A DNA stretch of 64,000 bases from Alphaproteobacteria bacterium (GCA_050175015.1 JBFXJJ010000003.1:1-64000), one strand, 5' to 3'; counted from the stretch's first letter, positions 10,461-21,776 are shown. Made by a program: numbers and translations. The notes: generated from the letters alone by a model not told the origin.

Positions 10461-10538
10461 CACATATATCCCTTTACGTACTTTAAATAATTTTATATAC
10501 TATATATAAAGTACAAAATTATATTAAAGGAATATATT

Positions 10539-11462
10539 ATGAATTTTTTTGATTTTATTAAAAAATTTCCAACAGAAGAAGCTATTATAGATTATTTTAT
10601 AAAGATTAAATATGGCGATGAAATAGTTTGCCCTAAATGTGGAACTAACCATAAAATTTATCAAAAAACAACTCGTAAAAAAGTATTTGATTGCAATTCC
10701 TGTCATAATTCTTTTTCAATTTTTAAAGGAACTATTTTTGAAAAATCTTCAACAGATTTAAGGAAGTGGTTTTATGCTATTCATTTAATGTTAAATTCGA
10801 AAAAGGGTATATCTGGGTTACAACTTCAAAGAGAAATAGATGTAACTTATAAAACAGCTTGGAGAATGCTTAAACAAATTCGTATTGCAATGGGAAACGT
10901 TGATAATAATTATTTTGAAGCTATGGTTGAAATTGATGAAACATATGTTGGGGGCAAACCAAGAAAAAATAATAAACATAAAAATGACGATGATGACTTT
11001 GATGACCATATACCAAACAAAAGGGGTAGAGGGACTAATAAAACTCCTGTAGTAGGATTGAAAGAAAGAAATACAAATAAAGTTCAAATGTTTGTTGCTT
11101 TGCCAAATCAAAAACAACATAAATTATCAGGAAATCAACTTCTTGGTATGATTGATAAAGTATGTAAAAAAGGTTCAACTATAATTAGTGATGAATTTAG
11201 AGGTTACAATATTTTAGATAGAAAAGATAGCAACTATGTTCATTTAAGAATTGACCACACAATTATGTATGCAGATGGTAATATACATACTAATGGAATT
11301 GAATCAGTATGGTCATTAATTAAACGTGGTATCTATGGAATATATCATCACGTTAGTATAAAACATCTTCAAAATTATTTAAACGAATATCAATTTAGAT
11401 TAAATAATAGAACTGAATCTAAAATGTTTGATATTTTATTAAAACAATGTGTAATTGGTTGA
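10539..11462 (+). CDS. IS1595-family DDE transposase
   Basis: Zn finger CPKC..CNSC, SKKGISGLQLQR, VEIDETYVGGK, SDE, HTNGIESVWS, YLNEYQFRLN. Confidence 0.95.
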   Translation: MNFFDFIKKFPTEEAIIDYFIKIKYGDEIVCPKCGTNHKIYQKTTRKKVFDCNSCHNSFSIFKGTIFEKSSTDLRKWFYAIHLMLNSKKGISGLQLQREIDVTYKTAWRMLKQIRIAMGNVDNNYFEAMVEIDETYVGGKPRKNNKHKNDDDDFDDHIPNKRGRGTNKTPVVGLKERNTNKVQMFVALPNQKQHKLSGNQLLGMIDKVCKKGSTIISDEFRGYNILDRKDSNYVHLRIDHTIMYADGNIHTNGIESVWSLIKRGIYGIYHHVSIKHLQNYLNEYQFRLNNRTESKMFDILLKQCVIG

Positions 11463-11492
11463 AAAGGTTAATAGTGCTAACCTTTTCAACCA
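11456..11492. terminator. Hairpin between the convergent transposase and TM2 genes
   Basis: TGGTTGAAAAGGTTA / TAACCTTTTCAACCA perfect 15-bp inverted repeat. Confidence 0.6.
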
Positions 11493-11497
11493 TATAA

Positions 11498-11830
11498 TCA
11501 ATTACGTAACATTTTATGTTCTGCTAAGATGTTCTTTGATATTATATCATTTTTTGTTTTAACTAGACTTGATAATAAAAACAAATCAACAATCCACCAT
11601 ATAATACCAATAAAAACAGCAAATAAAACCCATTGTAGAAACTGCATAGAAATACGGTCTACATAAAATCTATGACAACAAATAAACCATAAGCATATAG
11701 CTCCTAACAAGGTTTTCCTCTTCTTCCCATATTCATCAGCAAACATTTGCCTAACAGCATCATCTTCTTTGACTAATTGAGATTTAACTATCATTGAAAG
11801 TTCTTTTTCAATTTCTGCGTAAGATGTCAT
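11498..11830 (-). CDS. TM2-domain membrane protein (IS passenger)
   Basis: KKRKTLLGAICLWFICCHRFYV...GIIWWIVDLFLL resembles the TM2 G-x-HRFY / W-x-x-D pattern. Confidence 0.75.
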   Translation of the reverse strand: MTSYAEIEKELSMIVKSQLVKEDDAVRQMFADEYGKKRKTLLGAICLWFICCHRFYVDRISMQFLQWVLFAVFIGIIWWIVDLFLLSSLVKTKNDIISKNILAEHKMLRN

Positions 11831-11884
11831 TCTTTTCTAAACTCCCATTTTTAATTTAATAAAAAACCACCAGTTTTTAAGTGG

Positions 11885-11966
11885 TGGTTGGGAGTTAGTA
11901 GAACCGTATTCCGAAAACGGTGCAGTGCTTTCAAGCATACACCTTTATAACACTGCCTCCCAACCA
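11885..11966 (-). ncRNA. C4-type antisense RNA (P1 c4 / P4 CI-like)
   Basis: Outer stem TGGTTGGGAG..CTCCCAACCA enclosing two inner hairpins (GCAGTG..CACTGC and ACCGT..ACGGT) and an unpaired TTCTACTAA; followed by a U-tailed hairpin at 11861-11888. Confidence 0.7.
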
Positions 11967-12025
11967 TAATGGTTTAAGAGACAATATTTATTTTTCGACC
12001 TAATGCCTTTGGTCGTCAGAATAAA

Positions 12026-12064
12026 GGAGCTACTAAACTCCAGAATGTAGATTTTGCTACATTC
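12026..12064 (-). promoter_or_regulatory. c4 a1/b1-like target hairpins, downstream of a putative promoter (TTGTAT-17-TAATCT, ~12072-12102)
   Basis: Minus strand GAATGTAGCAAAATCTACATTC-TGGAGTTTAGTAGCTCC: GCAAAATC-loop hairpin followed by a hairpin complementary to the C4 loop. Confidence 0.65.
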
Positions 12065-12155
12065 CGAAAGTTAGATTAATTTAATTATTGATAAAATACA
12101 AGTTAAAGAAGATAATTGTATTTTATTCATATACTTTTTTAGAAAGGGTAAGAAA

Positions 12156-12392
12156 ATGGGACCGCTTACATTTGAATATTCTAAAGATGTTGATGTTAAT
12201 CCTGTTATGCATCATATTTTAATTAAAAAAGAAAATGGCGAAGCATTAACATTATTTACATCACCAGAGCTCGAATTAACTAAATTTAATGTAAAATCAG
12301 CAATGAGAATGCTTAAATATTTTGATGTAATAGATGAAGAAGATTATTTTCTTGGTAACCAAAAGTTAGATTCTTTTACATCAGAAGAATAA
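12156..12392 (+). CDS. Hypothetical protein (IS passenger)
   Basis: 78 aa ORF preceded by an AAGGG RBS-like sequence. Confidence 0.55.
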   Translation: MGPLTFEYSKDVDVNPVMHHILIKKENGEALTLFTSPELELTKFNVKSAMRMLKYFDVIDEEDYFLGNQKLDSFTSEE

Positions 12393-12499
12393 CTATTAAT
12401 ATATGCTCTAAGAAGTACTCTAGCAAATTCTGGATTGTTACTTTCTTCAAGGTAATATAATATATCTTTAAGATTTTCTACCGTATATATTGTTTTCAT
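12344..12499 (-). CDS. Small hypothetical protein, 51 aa (IS passenger)
   Basis: MKTIYTVENLKDILYYLEESNNPEFARVLLRAYINSYSSDVKESNFWLPRK*, AGGAG RBS; below the ORF-track cutoff. Confidence 0.45.
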   Translation of the reverse strand: MKTIYTVENLKDILYYLEESNNPEFARVLLRAYINSYSSDVKESNFWLPRK

Positions 12500-12590
12500 T
12501 TTTAACTCCTATATAATTTTTTTTATTCATTATTATTTATATTTATAAATAACTATATATTGAGCAAAAGTATGTTAAGGGATATGTGTG

Positions 12591-13483
12591 TAATTTTTTA
12601 TATCTAACAAACCTCTGCCCCTATTTGTTTTCTTTGTTGAGGTTCTTTTGGTTCTGGTTGCAGCCTGTATAATTTCGGCATCTCCTGTGAACCCAGCAAT
12701 AGATTTGAACAACTCAGGCCATGTTTTTGGCAACGTTTTAGGAATTCCTACCCCTTCATCATAAAACATAACAGTTAAAATTTTGTTTCTTAAATTAATA
12801 GATGCAGACATCCACCATAATTTCTCTTTTATCATATTATTTTGTAAATATTCTATAGGATAAGCGTGGTGTATTGAGTTGGTCATAGCTTCTGTTAGCC
12901 CCGCTTGTAATTGTTGCCCCTCAGGAAAGTATGTCAATTCAGATATAAGTTTTTTTAATTTTGTTACATCTTCCCCTGAAGCCATATAACCAGATTGAAA
13001 TTTTAAGAATATTTCATCTGTTTTATTTTCAATATTATTGAAATTTTGAGGAACATTTTTTACATCTAAAATTTCAAACATTCCCATATCTCGCAGTTGT
13101 AATTTAACATTTTCATTCCATGATTCAAAATCAAGAACAGATAAGTTAAATTTTTTAAATAATCGTGTTTTTTTAATTCTATCGATTTCGGCAGTAAAAA
13201 TTAGAGCTGCTGCTGGAGATATGTTTTGTATTTTTGTAAAGTCGATTTTAAAAGGAGATGTTCTGTCTGTACAGAGTTTCCTTAATTTATTAAAAAAAGT
13301 AGCGGTTTCTTCGTAGTTTTCTTGCAAATTCATATTTGTTGGAGCGACTAAAACTCTATTTTGGGTTCTTTCAGTAATTGCTTTTAATGTAATATATTTA
13401 TACTTCCTTTTAACTCTATTACAAAATGATCTTTTGGCATATTCTACCCAATATCTTTTTTGTTTTTCAGAAAGTTTTTTCAT
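12591..13483 (-). pseudogene. STAS-like + GHKL/HATPase protein, 5' part, interrupted by IS1595
   Basis: N box LTEAMTNSIHHAY, G1 FYDEGVGIPKTL, G2 NRGRGL; the ORF-track tail THIP* is IS IR sequence. Confidence 0.88.
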
Positions 13484-13587
13484 CTTTAGTTCGAAATTAG
13501 ATTTTAAAATATGTTTAAAATAATAAGTTATCTGAATTAATATTTTTTACAATCTATAAATTAAAATAAATAACTTTTTATTCATAT

Positions 13588-15150
13588 TCACATACTCATA
13601 CCGAAGCCGTAGCCTTTACTTTTAGAAAGGGCGAGTTCTTTTTCTTTTAGGTGTTCTTTATAGCTTTGGTGCATTTTTTGATAAAATTCATCGTTGGTTT
13701 TTAGGGTTTCTTTGATGGCTTTATAAGTTTCATCATCTTTTTTAAGTTCAGTTTTTAGCTCTTTCATCATATCATCAATGGTTTTGCTTTTAGTTCTTTC
13801 TGCATTTAGCGTATCAGATATTTTATCATAAACAAAAGAGGGGATACTTACTTTTCCTCCAAGCTCTTCAATGGCAATAACTTTTGATACAGCATATTTG
13901 CCATCTTCAAGATAATAGAATTTGTTTTTATTATCATATTTAGCAATCGCTTTGATTGCTTCTTGAGCTTCTGGTTTTTGAGGCATTTCAACATAAAAAA
14001 TTGCAGGTTCTACGGTTGGCTTAACGTCAGCTTTAATTTTTGGTTTTGTTTGAGACCGTATTTCTGTTTTAAAGCTTTTTATTGTGGGTTGGCTTTTTTT
14101 ATCAGCATTTAGAAATAATGCGTTTATTAGTTTCTTCTGGGCAACAATAACTGCCATTGCAAATGGATCTTTTAAGGCTTCTGCCATTAAAAAATCTTTC
14201 CAAGTATAAAAAGCTTTTTTGAGTAAGGATTGCTCTTTGGTTTTTGCTTTTGGTTTCTTTTTAACTTCTTGATATTTTTGCCATAAAATAGGCGTGTTAG
14301 GGTGTTTGGTTAAGGGTTTTTCGGTATAGGTTCTTTTGGGTTCAACTATATGAGCAGATTCCTCAAATTTACCCAGTCTTTTTTCAAGAGCATTTTTAGA
14401 AAAAGTCCTGTCTAAATCAGAAGCCTTAATCGCAATCTTTTTATCTTTAGATACGATAGCTAAACCATTGCCTCGTTTTTTAAGAAGCAAACCAACTTCT
14501 TCAAAAGCATTATGTATGTCTTGCCATTTTTGAGCTTGGTTTAATGCTTTGGTTAAGGGTTCTTTTTGCTCTTTAACATAAGAATAAAAACTTTGTTGCC
14601 AAGTTTTAGCTTCAAAGTCTCTCGCTTTCTCGTGAGGCTTTTCATAATTTGGCTCTTTAGTTTTTTCAATGCCATTATCAACTTTAAGATTATACTTCTT
14701 CTCCATATCTCGGCAGACTTTTGAGCGTTTGTAATAATCGTTTGATAAGGTCGCAACTTTAAAGGTTTCTGGGTTTATTTTATTATAGGCAATATGCATA
14801 TGAAAGTTATCAGTGTTTTGATGAGTGCCGACAACTCTTTGATGAGTTTCTATACCAAGTGCTTTGGCAAATTCTTTCTCAATTTCTTTTAGGGTTTTTA
14901 AGTCGGGCTTTTCATTTTTAAAAGATACTAATAAATGATAAGTTTTATCAACCCTGCACCGGGTATTTCGGCTTTGAGTGTTTTCAATATCAATGATGGC
15001 TAATTCTAAATCATCAAGAGTTTCTCCAGCATCAGAGTTGACAATCCAAAAATCAGATAGTTTTTCGCCATCGTCTTCAGCTCCTGCGATATATTTAGCA
15101 AGCCTTCTAAAACTGCTTTTAGTTGTTCTTGGAATATGTTTAGAAATCAT
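13588..15150 (-). CDS. MOBP-family relaxase
   Basis: LAKYI (catalytic Tyr), YHLLVSF, HQNTDNFHMHIAYN; basic C-terminal tail SKSKGYGFGMSM. Confidence 0.9.
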   Translation of the reverse strand: MISKHIPRTTKSSFRRLAKYIAGAEDDGEKLSDFWIVNSDAGETLDDLELAIIDIENTQSRNTRCRVDKTYHLLVSFKNEKPDLKTLKEIEKEFAKALGIETHQRVVGTHQNTDNFHMHIAYNKINPETFKVATLSNDYYKRSKVCRDMEKKYNLKVDNGIEKTKEPNYEKPHEKARDFEAKTWQQSFYSYVKEQKEPLTKALNQAQKWQDIHNAFEEVGLLLKKRGNGLAIVSKDKKIAIKASDLDRTFSKNALEKRLGKFEESAHIVEPKRTYTEKPLTKHPNTPILWQKYQEVKKKPKAKTKEQSLLKKAFYTWKDFLMAEALKDPFAMAVIVAQKKLINALFLNADKKSQPTIKSFKTEIRSQTKPKIKADVKPTVEPAIFYVEMPQKPEAQEAIKAIAKYDNKNKFYYLEDGKYAVSKVIAIEELGGKVSIPSFVYDKISDTLNAERTKSKTIDDMMKELKTELKKDDETYKAIKETLKTNDEFYQKMHQSYKEHLKEKELALSKSKGYGFGMSM

Positions 15151-15461
15151 AATTCCTCAATCTTTGCCCTTAAAATTGCTCGTAAATCTGCAATAGCGTT
15201 AATGTGCTTGTTTAACTCTTCAGGATAAAAATCTTCATCAAGAGCCATTTTGAACAAATTACCTAGCCTTGCTAAATCAGCATTGATTTTAAGAAGGTTT
15301 TTTATAGTTTCGATTTTTTCAGGAGCTTGACGAACCAACGTTCTTAAGAAAGCCGACATTGATAAATCATGCCTTTTAGCTCTTTCACTAAAAGTATGTT
15401 TTTCTATTAATGTAACTCTAACTAAAATATTAGCAGTTTTTTTGTTAAATTCAGGCTTCAT
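15147..15461 (-). CDS. mobC: MobC/TraJ-like relaxosome accessory protein
   Basis: RHH-like VRVT..EK....A....LSMSAFLR and LLKINADLARLGNL; overlaps the relaxase start; start chosen at MKPEF. Confidence 0.8.
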   Translation of the reverse strand: MKPEFNKKTANILVRVTLIEKHTFSERAKRHDLSMSAFLRTLVRQAPEKIETIKNLLKINADLARLGNLFKMALDEDFYPEELNKHINAIADLRAILRAKIEEL

Positions 15462-15714
15462 AATTTTAAGCTTTATTGGTTTAAAATAACTCTTAGAATT
15501 ATATGCCATTTGCCTTGAAAAACCTAATTTTATGGCGTTTTTTTATAGCCTCTTTTTTGCAATTTTTTGTCGTTTATTAAGGCTGATAAAAGCCCCAAAA
15601 ACTACTTATATATTTTGGTAAAGAATAGACGAGAATCGAGTTGAGAAATATCTTTTGATATAAAATTATTTTTACGATACTATTTTGCTAAAATTTATTT
15701 GAAGAAATTATGCA

Positions 15715-16104
15715 ATGAAACCAAAAGAAATCGGTCCTCATGAGGGTATAGAACTAGATTTAATGCTAGAAAACAAAAAGCCATTAGCTTTTTTTAGTGG
15801 TTTAGGCGATGAAATCAAATTATTTCCCATAGATGCCTTTGATAACTTGGTTAAACAAAACAGGCTTGTTTCTAAAAAATATTTTTTTAAGAAAAACGTT
15901 TATGGCAAAGAATTAGATGAATTTTTAATTTATTATGCACTTCCCAATGAAACCCACAGAATAGATAAACTTAATAAAATCATGTTAGATTTAAGAGAAA
16001 ATCCTAGATTTGATAAAGATATAGAGCAAGAAATCGGTCTTTTACTAGGCTACAGCAAACATGAAATAAGTGTTTATATTAAATGGGCTACCGAAAAAGC
16101 TTAA
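15715..16104 (+). CDS. Hypothetical protein convergent with the PG-binding gene (candidate immunity/partner)
   Basis: 129 aa, IGPHEGIELDLML..KKPLAFF and IGLLLGYS; stop overlaps the partner stop by 4 bp. Confidence 0.75.
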   Translation: MKPKEIGPHEGIELDLMLENKKPLAFFSGLGDEIKLFPIDAFDNLVKQNRLVSKKYFFKKNVYGKELDEFLIYYALPNETHRIDKLNKIMLDLRENPRFDKDIEQEIGLLLGYSKHEISVYIKWATEKA

Positions 16105-16562
16105 GCATTTGCTTTAATAAAGCACCAATGACATAAATTTGGAGAATAAACTCCTCCATGTATTGCCCCACATTTAGAGCAAACGTAATAAGCTAAATCT
16201 TCTTCGTCTGATTGTTCTGTATCATTCTCGATTTGGTCGTGTGGCTCATATTCGTTTACATAATAATTCGATGCATTTGCTAAGAGTTTTAATTTGTTTT
16301 CTGTTTCTCCTTCAGGTTTCATAATGCTATCTGGAAAAAGAGAATTCTTTTTTTGAAATTCTAAAATAGAATCAAAAAGCTCTTGATTTGGAATAGAGGA
16401 TATTTTTCCTAGGTTGTTTTCTACTTTTGTCGGTTTATACATTCCTATTGAAGCTAGAGCTTTCTTAACATTCAAAACATCATCTTGGTTTACATTAGCA
16501 TTGCTAGCTAGGTAATCTTTTAGACCTTTAAAAGAATACAAATTGTTTTTTTGTGAGTTCAT
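16101..16562 (-). CDS. Peptidoglycan-binding-domain protein with C-terminal Cys4 Zn-ribbon
   Basis: DDVLNVKKAL..FDSILEFQKKNSL.PD.IMKPEGETE; CSKC..CHWC tail; ATG 16562 has an AGGAG RBS; clearly homologous to the N-terminus of 37696-39177. Confidence 0.75.
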   Translation of the reverse strand: MNSQKNNLYSFKGLKDYLASNANVNQDDVLNVKKALASIGMYKPTKVENNLGKISSIPNQELFDSILEFQKKNSLFPDSIMKPEGETENKLKLLANASNYYVNEYEPHDQIENDTEQSDEEDLAYYVCSKCGAIHGGVYSPNLCHWCFIKANA

Positions 16563-16688
16563 TTCTAATTCTCCTATTTTGTTAAAAAAGGAAAACATAC
16601 CACAAAATAGGAAAAAAATCAAGGGTGCTTAGGAATATTTTCTTAAACTCAAAACAAGTATAAAATTACCAATCTACACAATTAAAAA

Positions 16689-17753
16689 TCACCCATCGCC
16701 CAAAAACTTTTTGTTCATTCGTTCTAAAACGCCTGCGGTGTGGGCTTCGGATAGGTGTGAGTATCTTTTGACCATAGCAAGAGTTTTATGTCCCAATACC
16801 TCTGCAATCTCTGCTAGGGTTGCTCCGTTCATAGCAAGATAAGATGCGGTTGAATGTCTTAAATCGTGGAATCTAAAATCTTCAATGCCAGCTTTTTCAA
16901 CAGCAGTTTTCCAGCTTGTGGTTATATTGTTAGGTTGTTTAGGATTGCGAGGACTTGGAAAAACTAAATTAGTATCTATTCTTCTAATTTTTGAATATTC
17001 AAGCATTAAATCATAAGCACTGCCGACTAAAGGCAAAAGTCTGATTTCGCCATTCTTAGTTTCATATAACGTAATAACTTTACGGTTAAAATCTATTTGT
17101 TCCCAAGTAAGATTGATTATCTCACCAAATCTTGCCCCTGTGCTTAATGCCAAAAAAACAACGTGATACAAATGAGAGCTGGAACTTTCTTTGCAGGCAT
17201 TTAACAAAGCTTCTTTTTCTTCTTCTGATAAGTAACGGACTCGTCCCCTTGGTTCTTTCAATTTTTTTAGTTTTAACATAGGGTTGTTTTCCAGCCATTC
17301 CCATTCATTAACCGCAACATTGAGAACTGTTGTTAAGGCTGTTGTATATCTGTTTACCGTTGAGTTAGAACGTTTGCTGCCTTTTTCAGTAGGTGTTTCA
17401 ATAAGCTTTTGTCTGGTTTGAGATATTAAAGATGTGGTTAAATCAGCTAAAGTATATATCCCTATTTGCTGTTTCCACCAGTTAAGTTTAGGAACAGCGT
17501 CTTTTGCTCTTTTAGGTTTATTTGCTAAAACTTCTTTGATATACCGCTCTATTAAATCTGATACGTTTCTTTTTCTAAGTTCATTAGTTGGAAAATATCG
17601 ATTGTTTAAAATAGCACTTTCAATTTCGTTAGCCCAATTTTTAGCATCAGTTAAACGAGAAAAGGTAGCCGTTTGAGTCGGGAAGCCTTTTTTACGGACT
17701 TTGACTCGATATTGGATACCTTTGTTAGTCTGCCGTTTCTCAATGTTTGCCAT
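16689..17753 (-). CDS. int: Tyrosine recombinase / integrase
   Basis: TGARFGEI (R), TKNG (K), FHDLRHSTAS (HxxR), LGHKT..MVKRYSH (H, Y). Confidence 0.95.
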   Translation of the reverse strand: MANIEKRQTNKGIQYRVKVRKKGFPTQTATFSRLTDAKNWANEIESAILNNRYFPTNELRKRNVSDLIERYIKEVLANKPKRAKDAVPKLNWWKQQIGIYTLADLTTSLISQTRQKLIETPTEKGSKRSNSTVNRYTTALTTVLNVAVNEWEWLENNPMLKLKKLKEPRGRVRYLSEEEKEALLNACKESSSSHLYHVVFLALSTGARFGEIINLTWEQIDFNRKVITLYETKNGEIRLLPLVGSAYDLMLEYSKIRRIDTNLVFPSPRNPKQPNNITTSWKTAVEKAGIEDFRFHDLRHSTASYLAMNGATLAEIAEVLGHKTLAMVKRYSHLSEAHTAGVLERMNKKFLGDG

Positions 17754-18121
17754 AATAAACCCTTTTAATCTCTACAAATTATAAGCAACCGAAAGATGAT
17801 ATATCATTGCATCATAAATATCAACTTGATATTTAGACCGTTGGCTTATTAGATTATTTGCTTGTTTTTCAATATATTAGGCTTTTACATTAAAATATAA
17901 GGGGCATTTAGGGGCAATACAATAAAAAGACAGGCATAGATATATTTCAATTAAGCTTATTATTCCTAATTATTTTTTAAAATTATATGGGCGTATTATT
18001 ATTGTTAATTTTTATGTTTCGTTGGCATTTTTTGAAATTAATTGCCCCTAGATTGCCCCGCAAGTGTTTTTTATGGTATTTTATTACCGATTGATTTTTG
18101 TGATAAAGCTATTGGATTTAC

Positions 18122-18211
18122 TGGCGGAGAGAGAGGGATTCGAACCCTCGGAACCCGTAAGAGTTCAACGGTTTTCGAGACCGCCCCGTTCGACCACTCC
18201 GGCATCTCTCC
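18122..18211 (-). tRNA. tRNA-Ser(CGA)
   Basis: GGAGAGATGCCGGAGTGG..CT-CGA-AA, long variable arm, GGTTCGAATCC..CCGCCA. Confidence 0.96.
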
Positions 18212-18431
18212 TTAATCGTTCATTTTATTTTATAAGGCATCGTTTTTTGCGAAGCTATATAAGATTTTAATTTTGTAGTATATATTTAAGGTTTTATAAT
18301 TATTGTTGTATTCAAATACAAGCTTTCAATCATAAAGCTATAAAAATATTTCATTAATTTTATCTTATACAACTTTACTTATTGCTAGGCAACAACGCTT
18401 TTATTAAATTGTTTTATAGTAAAATTTACTG

Positions 18432-18854
18432 ATGCGTATAAAAAGTTTAAACGCCTGCTCTTTCATAATTGTAAAAAAACTTTCTGATAGAGATGCGCCA
18501 TTAACCCCTCTTTTATGGTTTGTCTTTGGAAATATGTTCATATATGCACCGTTTGCTTTTTATTATTGGGAACCTATGAATATGATAGGCTTTTTTCTGG
18601 TGTTTTTAATTGCAGTTTTAGGAACACTGGCTCAATTTTTTGTAATAAAGGGATACTATTTAGAAGATGCAAGCTTTTTAAATTCCATAGAATATACCAA
18701 ATTGGTTTTTGCAAGCATTTTGGGATTTTTAGTTTTTAATGAAATTCCTACATTTCATATTATAATTGGAGCTGGTATTATTATTTTTTCTAATTTTGTG
18801 ATTTTATCTACAAAACAACCAGAATATAAACTAAAACCTAAACAAAAATGTTGA
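18432..18854 (+). CDS. EamA/DMT transporter, single repeat only (possibly truncated)
   Basis: AQFFVIKGY..EDASFL..IEY.KLVFA..LGFLVFNEIP..IIGA.III is the C-terminal EamA half. Confidence 0.6.
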   Translation: MRIKSLNACSFIIVKKLSDRDAPLTPLLWFVFGNMFIYAPFAFYYWEPMNMIGFFLVFLIAVLGTLAQFFVIKGYYLEDASFLNSIEYTKLVFASILGFLVFNEIPTFHIIIGAGIIIFSNFVILSTKQPEYKLKPKQKC

Positions 18855-18940
18855 CTCTATAAAAAAAAGCTGTATAACTTTTCTTTTCTTGGACACTATT
18901 TTTATAGTGTTGGTTTAATCCTGAACTAATGGTGGGATCA

Positions 18941-19243
18941 ATGTATGCAGTCATAAAGACCGGTGGCAAACAGTATAAAGTTGCAAGCAACGACGTAATT
19001 AAAGTCGAAAAACTTATTGCTGAAGTTGGCTCGGAAGTTGTTTTTGATGAAGTTTTATTGGCAGGCGATAAAATCGGCGAGCCTCTTGTTAAAGGTGCTA
19101 AAGTTACTGCGGAAGTACTTGAGCAGAATCGTGCAGATAAAATTCTCGTTTTTAAGAAAAGAAGACGTAAAGGTTATCGCCGTACACAAGGACACAGACA
19201 ACATCAAACAGTTGTTAGAATTAAAAATATAGCTACTGCTTAA
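18941..19243 (+). CDS. rplU: 50S ribosomal protein L21
   Basis: [25 protein letters not shown]. Confidence 0.98.
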   Translation: MYAVIKTGGKQYKVASNDVIKVEKLIAEVGSEVVFDEVLLAGDKIGEPLVKGAKVTAEVLEQNRADKILVFKKRRRKGYRRTQGHRQHQTVVRIKNIATA

Positions 19244-19285
19244 TTAATAAGAAGCAGAGTTTGGTAAACATTTAGGAGTTTAGTC

Positions 19286-19543
19286 ATGGCTCATAAGAAA
19301 GCAGGTGGCAGTTCTAGAAACGGACGCGATTCGGAAGGTCGTCGTTTAGGACTTAAAAAGTTTGGTGGAGAACACGTTATCTCTGGCAATATTATTGTAC
19401 GTCAAAGAGGTACAAAATATCACCCAGGAGACAATGTTGGTATCGGAAAAGACCACACAATCTTTGCTGTTAAAGAGGGTGTTGTTTCTTTTAAAACCAA
19501 AGCTAAAGGCAGAGTCTTTATTTCAGTTGATGCCGCTGTTTAA
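19286..19543 (+). CDS. rpmA: 50S ribosomal protein L27
   Basis: [16 protein letters not shown]. Confidence 0.98.
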   Translation: MAHKKAGGSSRNGRDSEGRRLGLKKFGGEHVISGNIIVRQRGTKYHPGDNVGIGKDHTIFAVKEGVVSFKTKAKGRVFISVDAAV

Positions 19544-19551
19544 TTTTTTAG

Positions 19552-21776
<2,225 letters not shown>

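Larger units (their letters stand above)
10461..12590 (+). mobile_element. IS1595-family transporter IS (2130 bp) with passenger genes
   Basis: Terminal IRs CACATATATCCCTTTACGTACTTT (10461-10484) and reverse complement of 12567-12590 CACACATATCCCTTAACATACTTT (21/24 match); 8-bp TSD TAATTTTT at 10453-10460 and 12591-12598. Confidence 0.93.
1..18121. mobile_element. Integrative mobilizable element / defence island at the 3' end of tRNA-Ser(CGA); left end lies outside the window
   Basis: Tyrosine integrase next to the tRNA 3' end, MOBP relaxase plus MobC, no T4SS genes in view, defence cargo (RM, AbiE). No second att copy seen in the window. Confidence 0.8.

Noticed and set aside
12575-13483. 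Intact 302-aa protein as listed in the ORF track
   Set aside because: The last residues THIP* come from the IS inverted repeat; the true C-terminus is at 10308-10460.
18064-18270. 68-aa ORF (also 35020-35223)
   Set aside because: Antisense translations of the tRNA-Ser genes (LAEREGFEPS).
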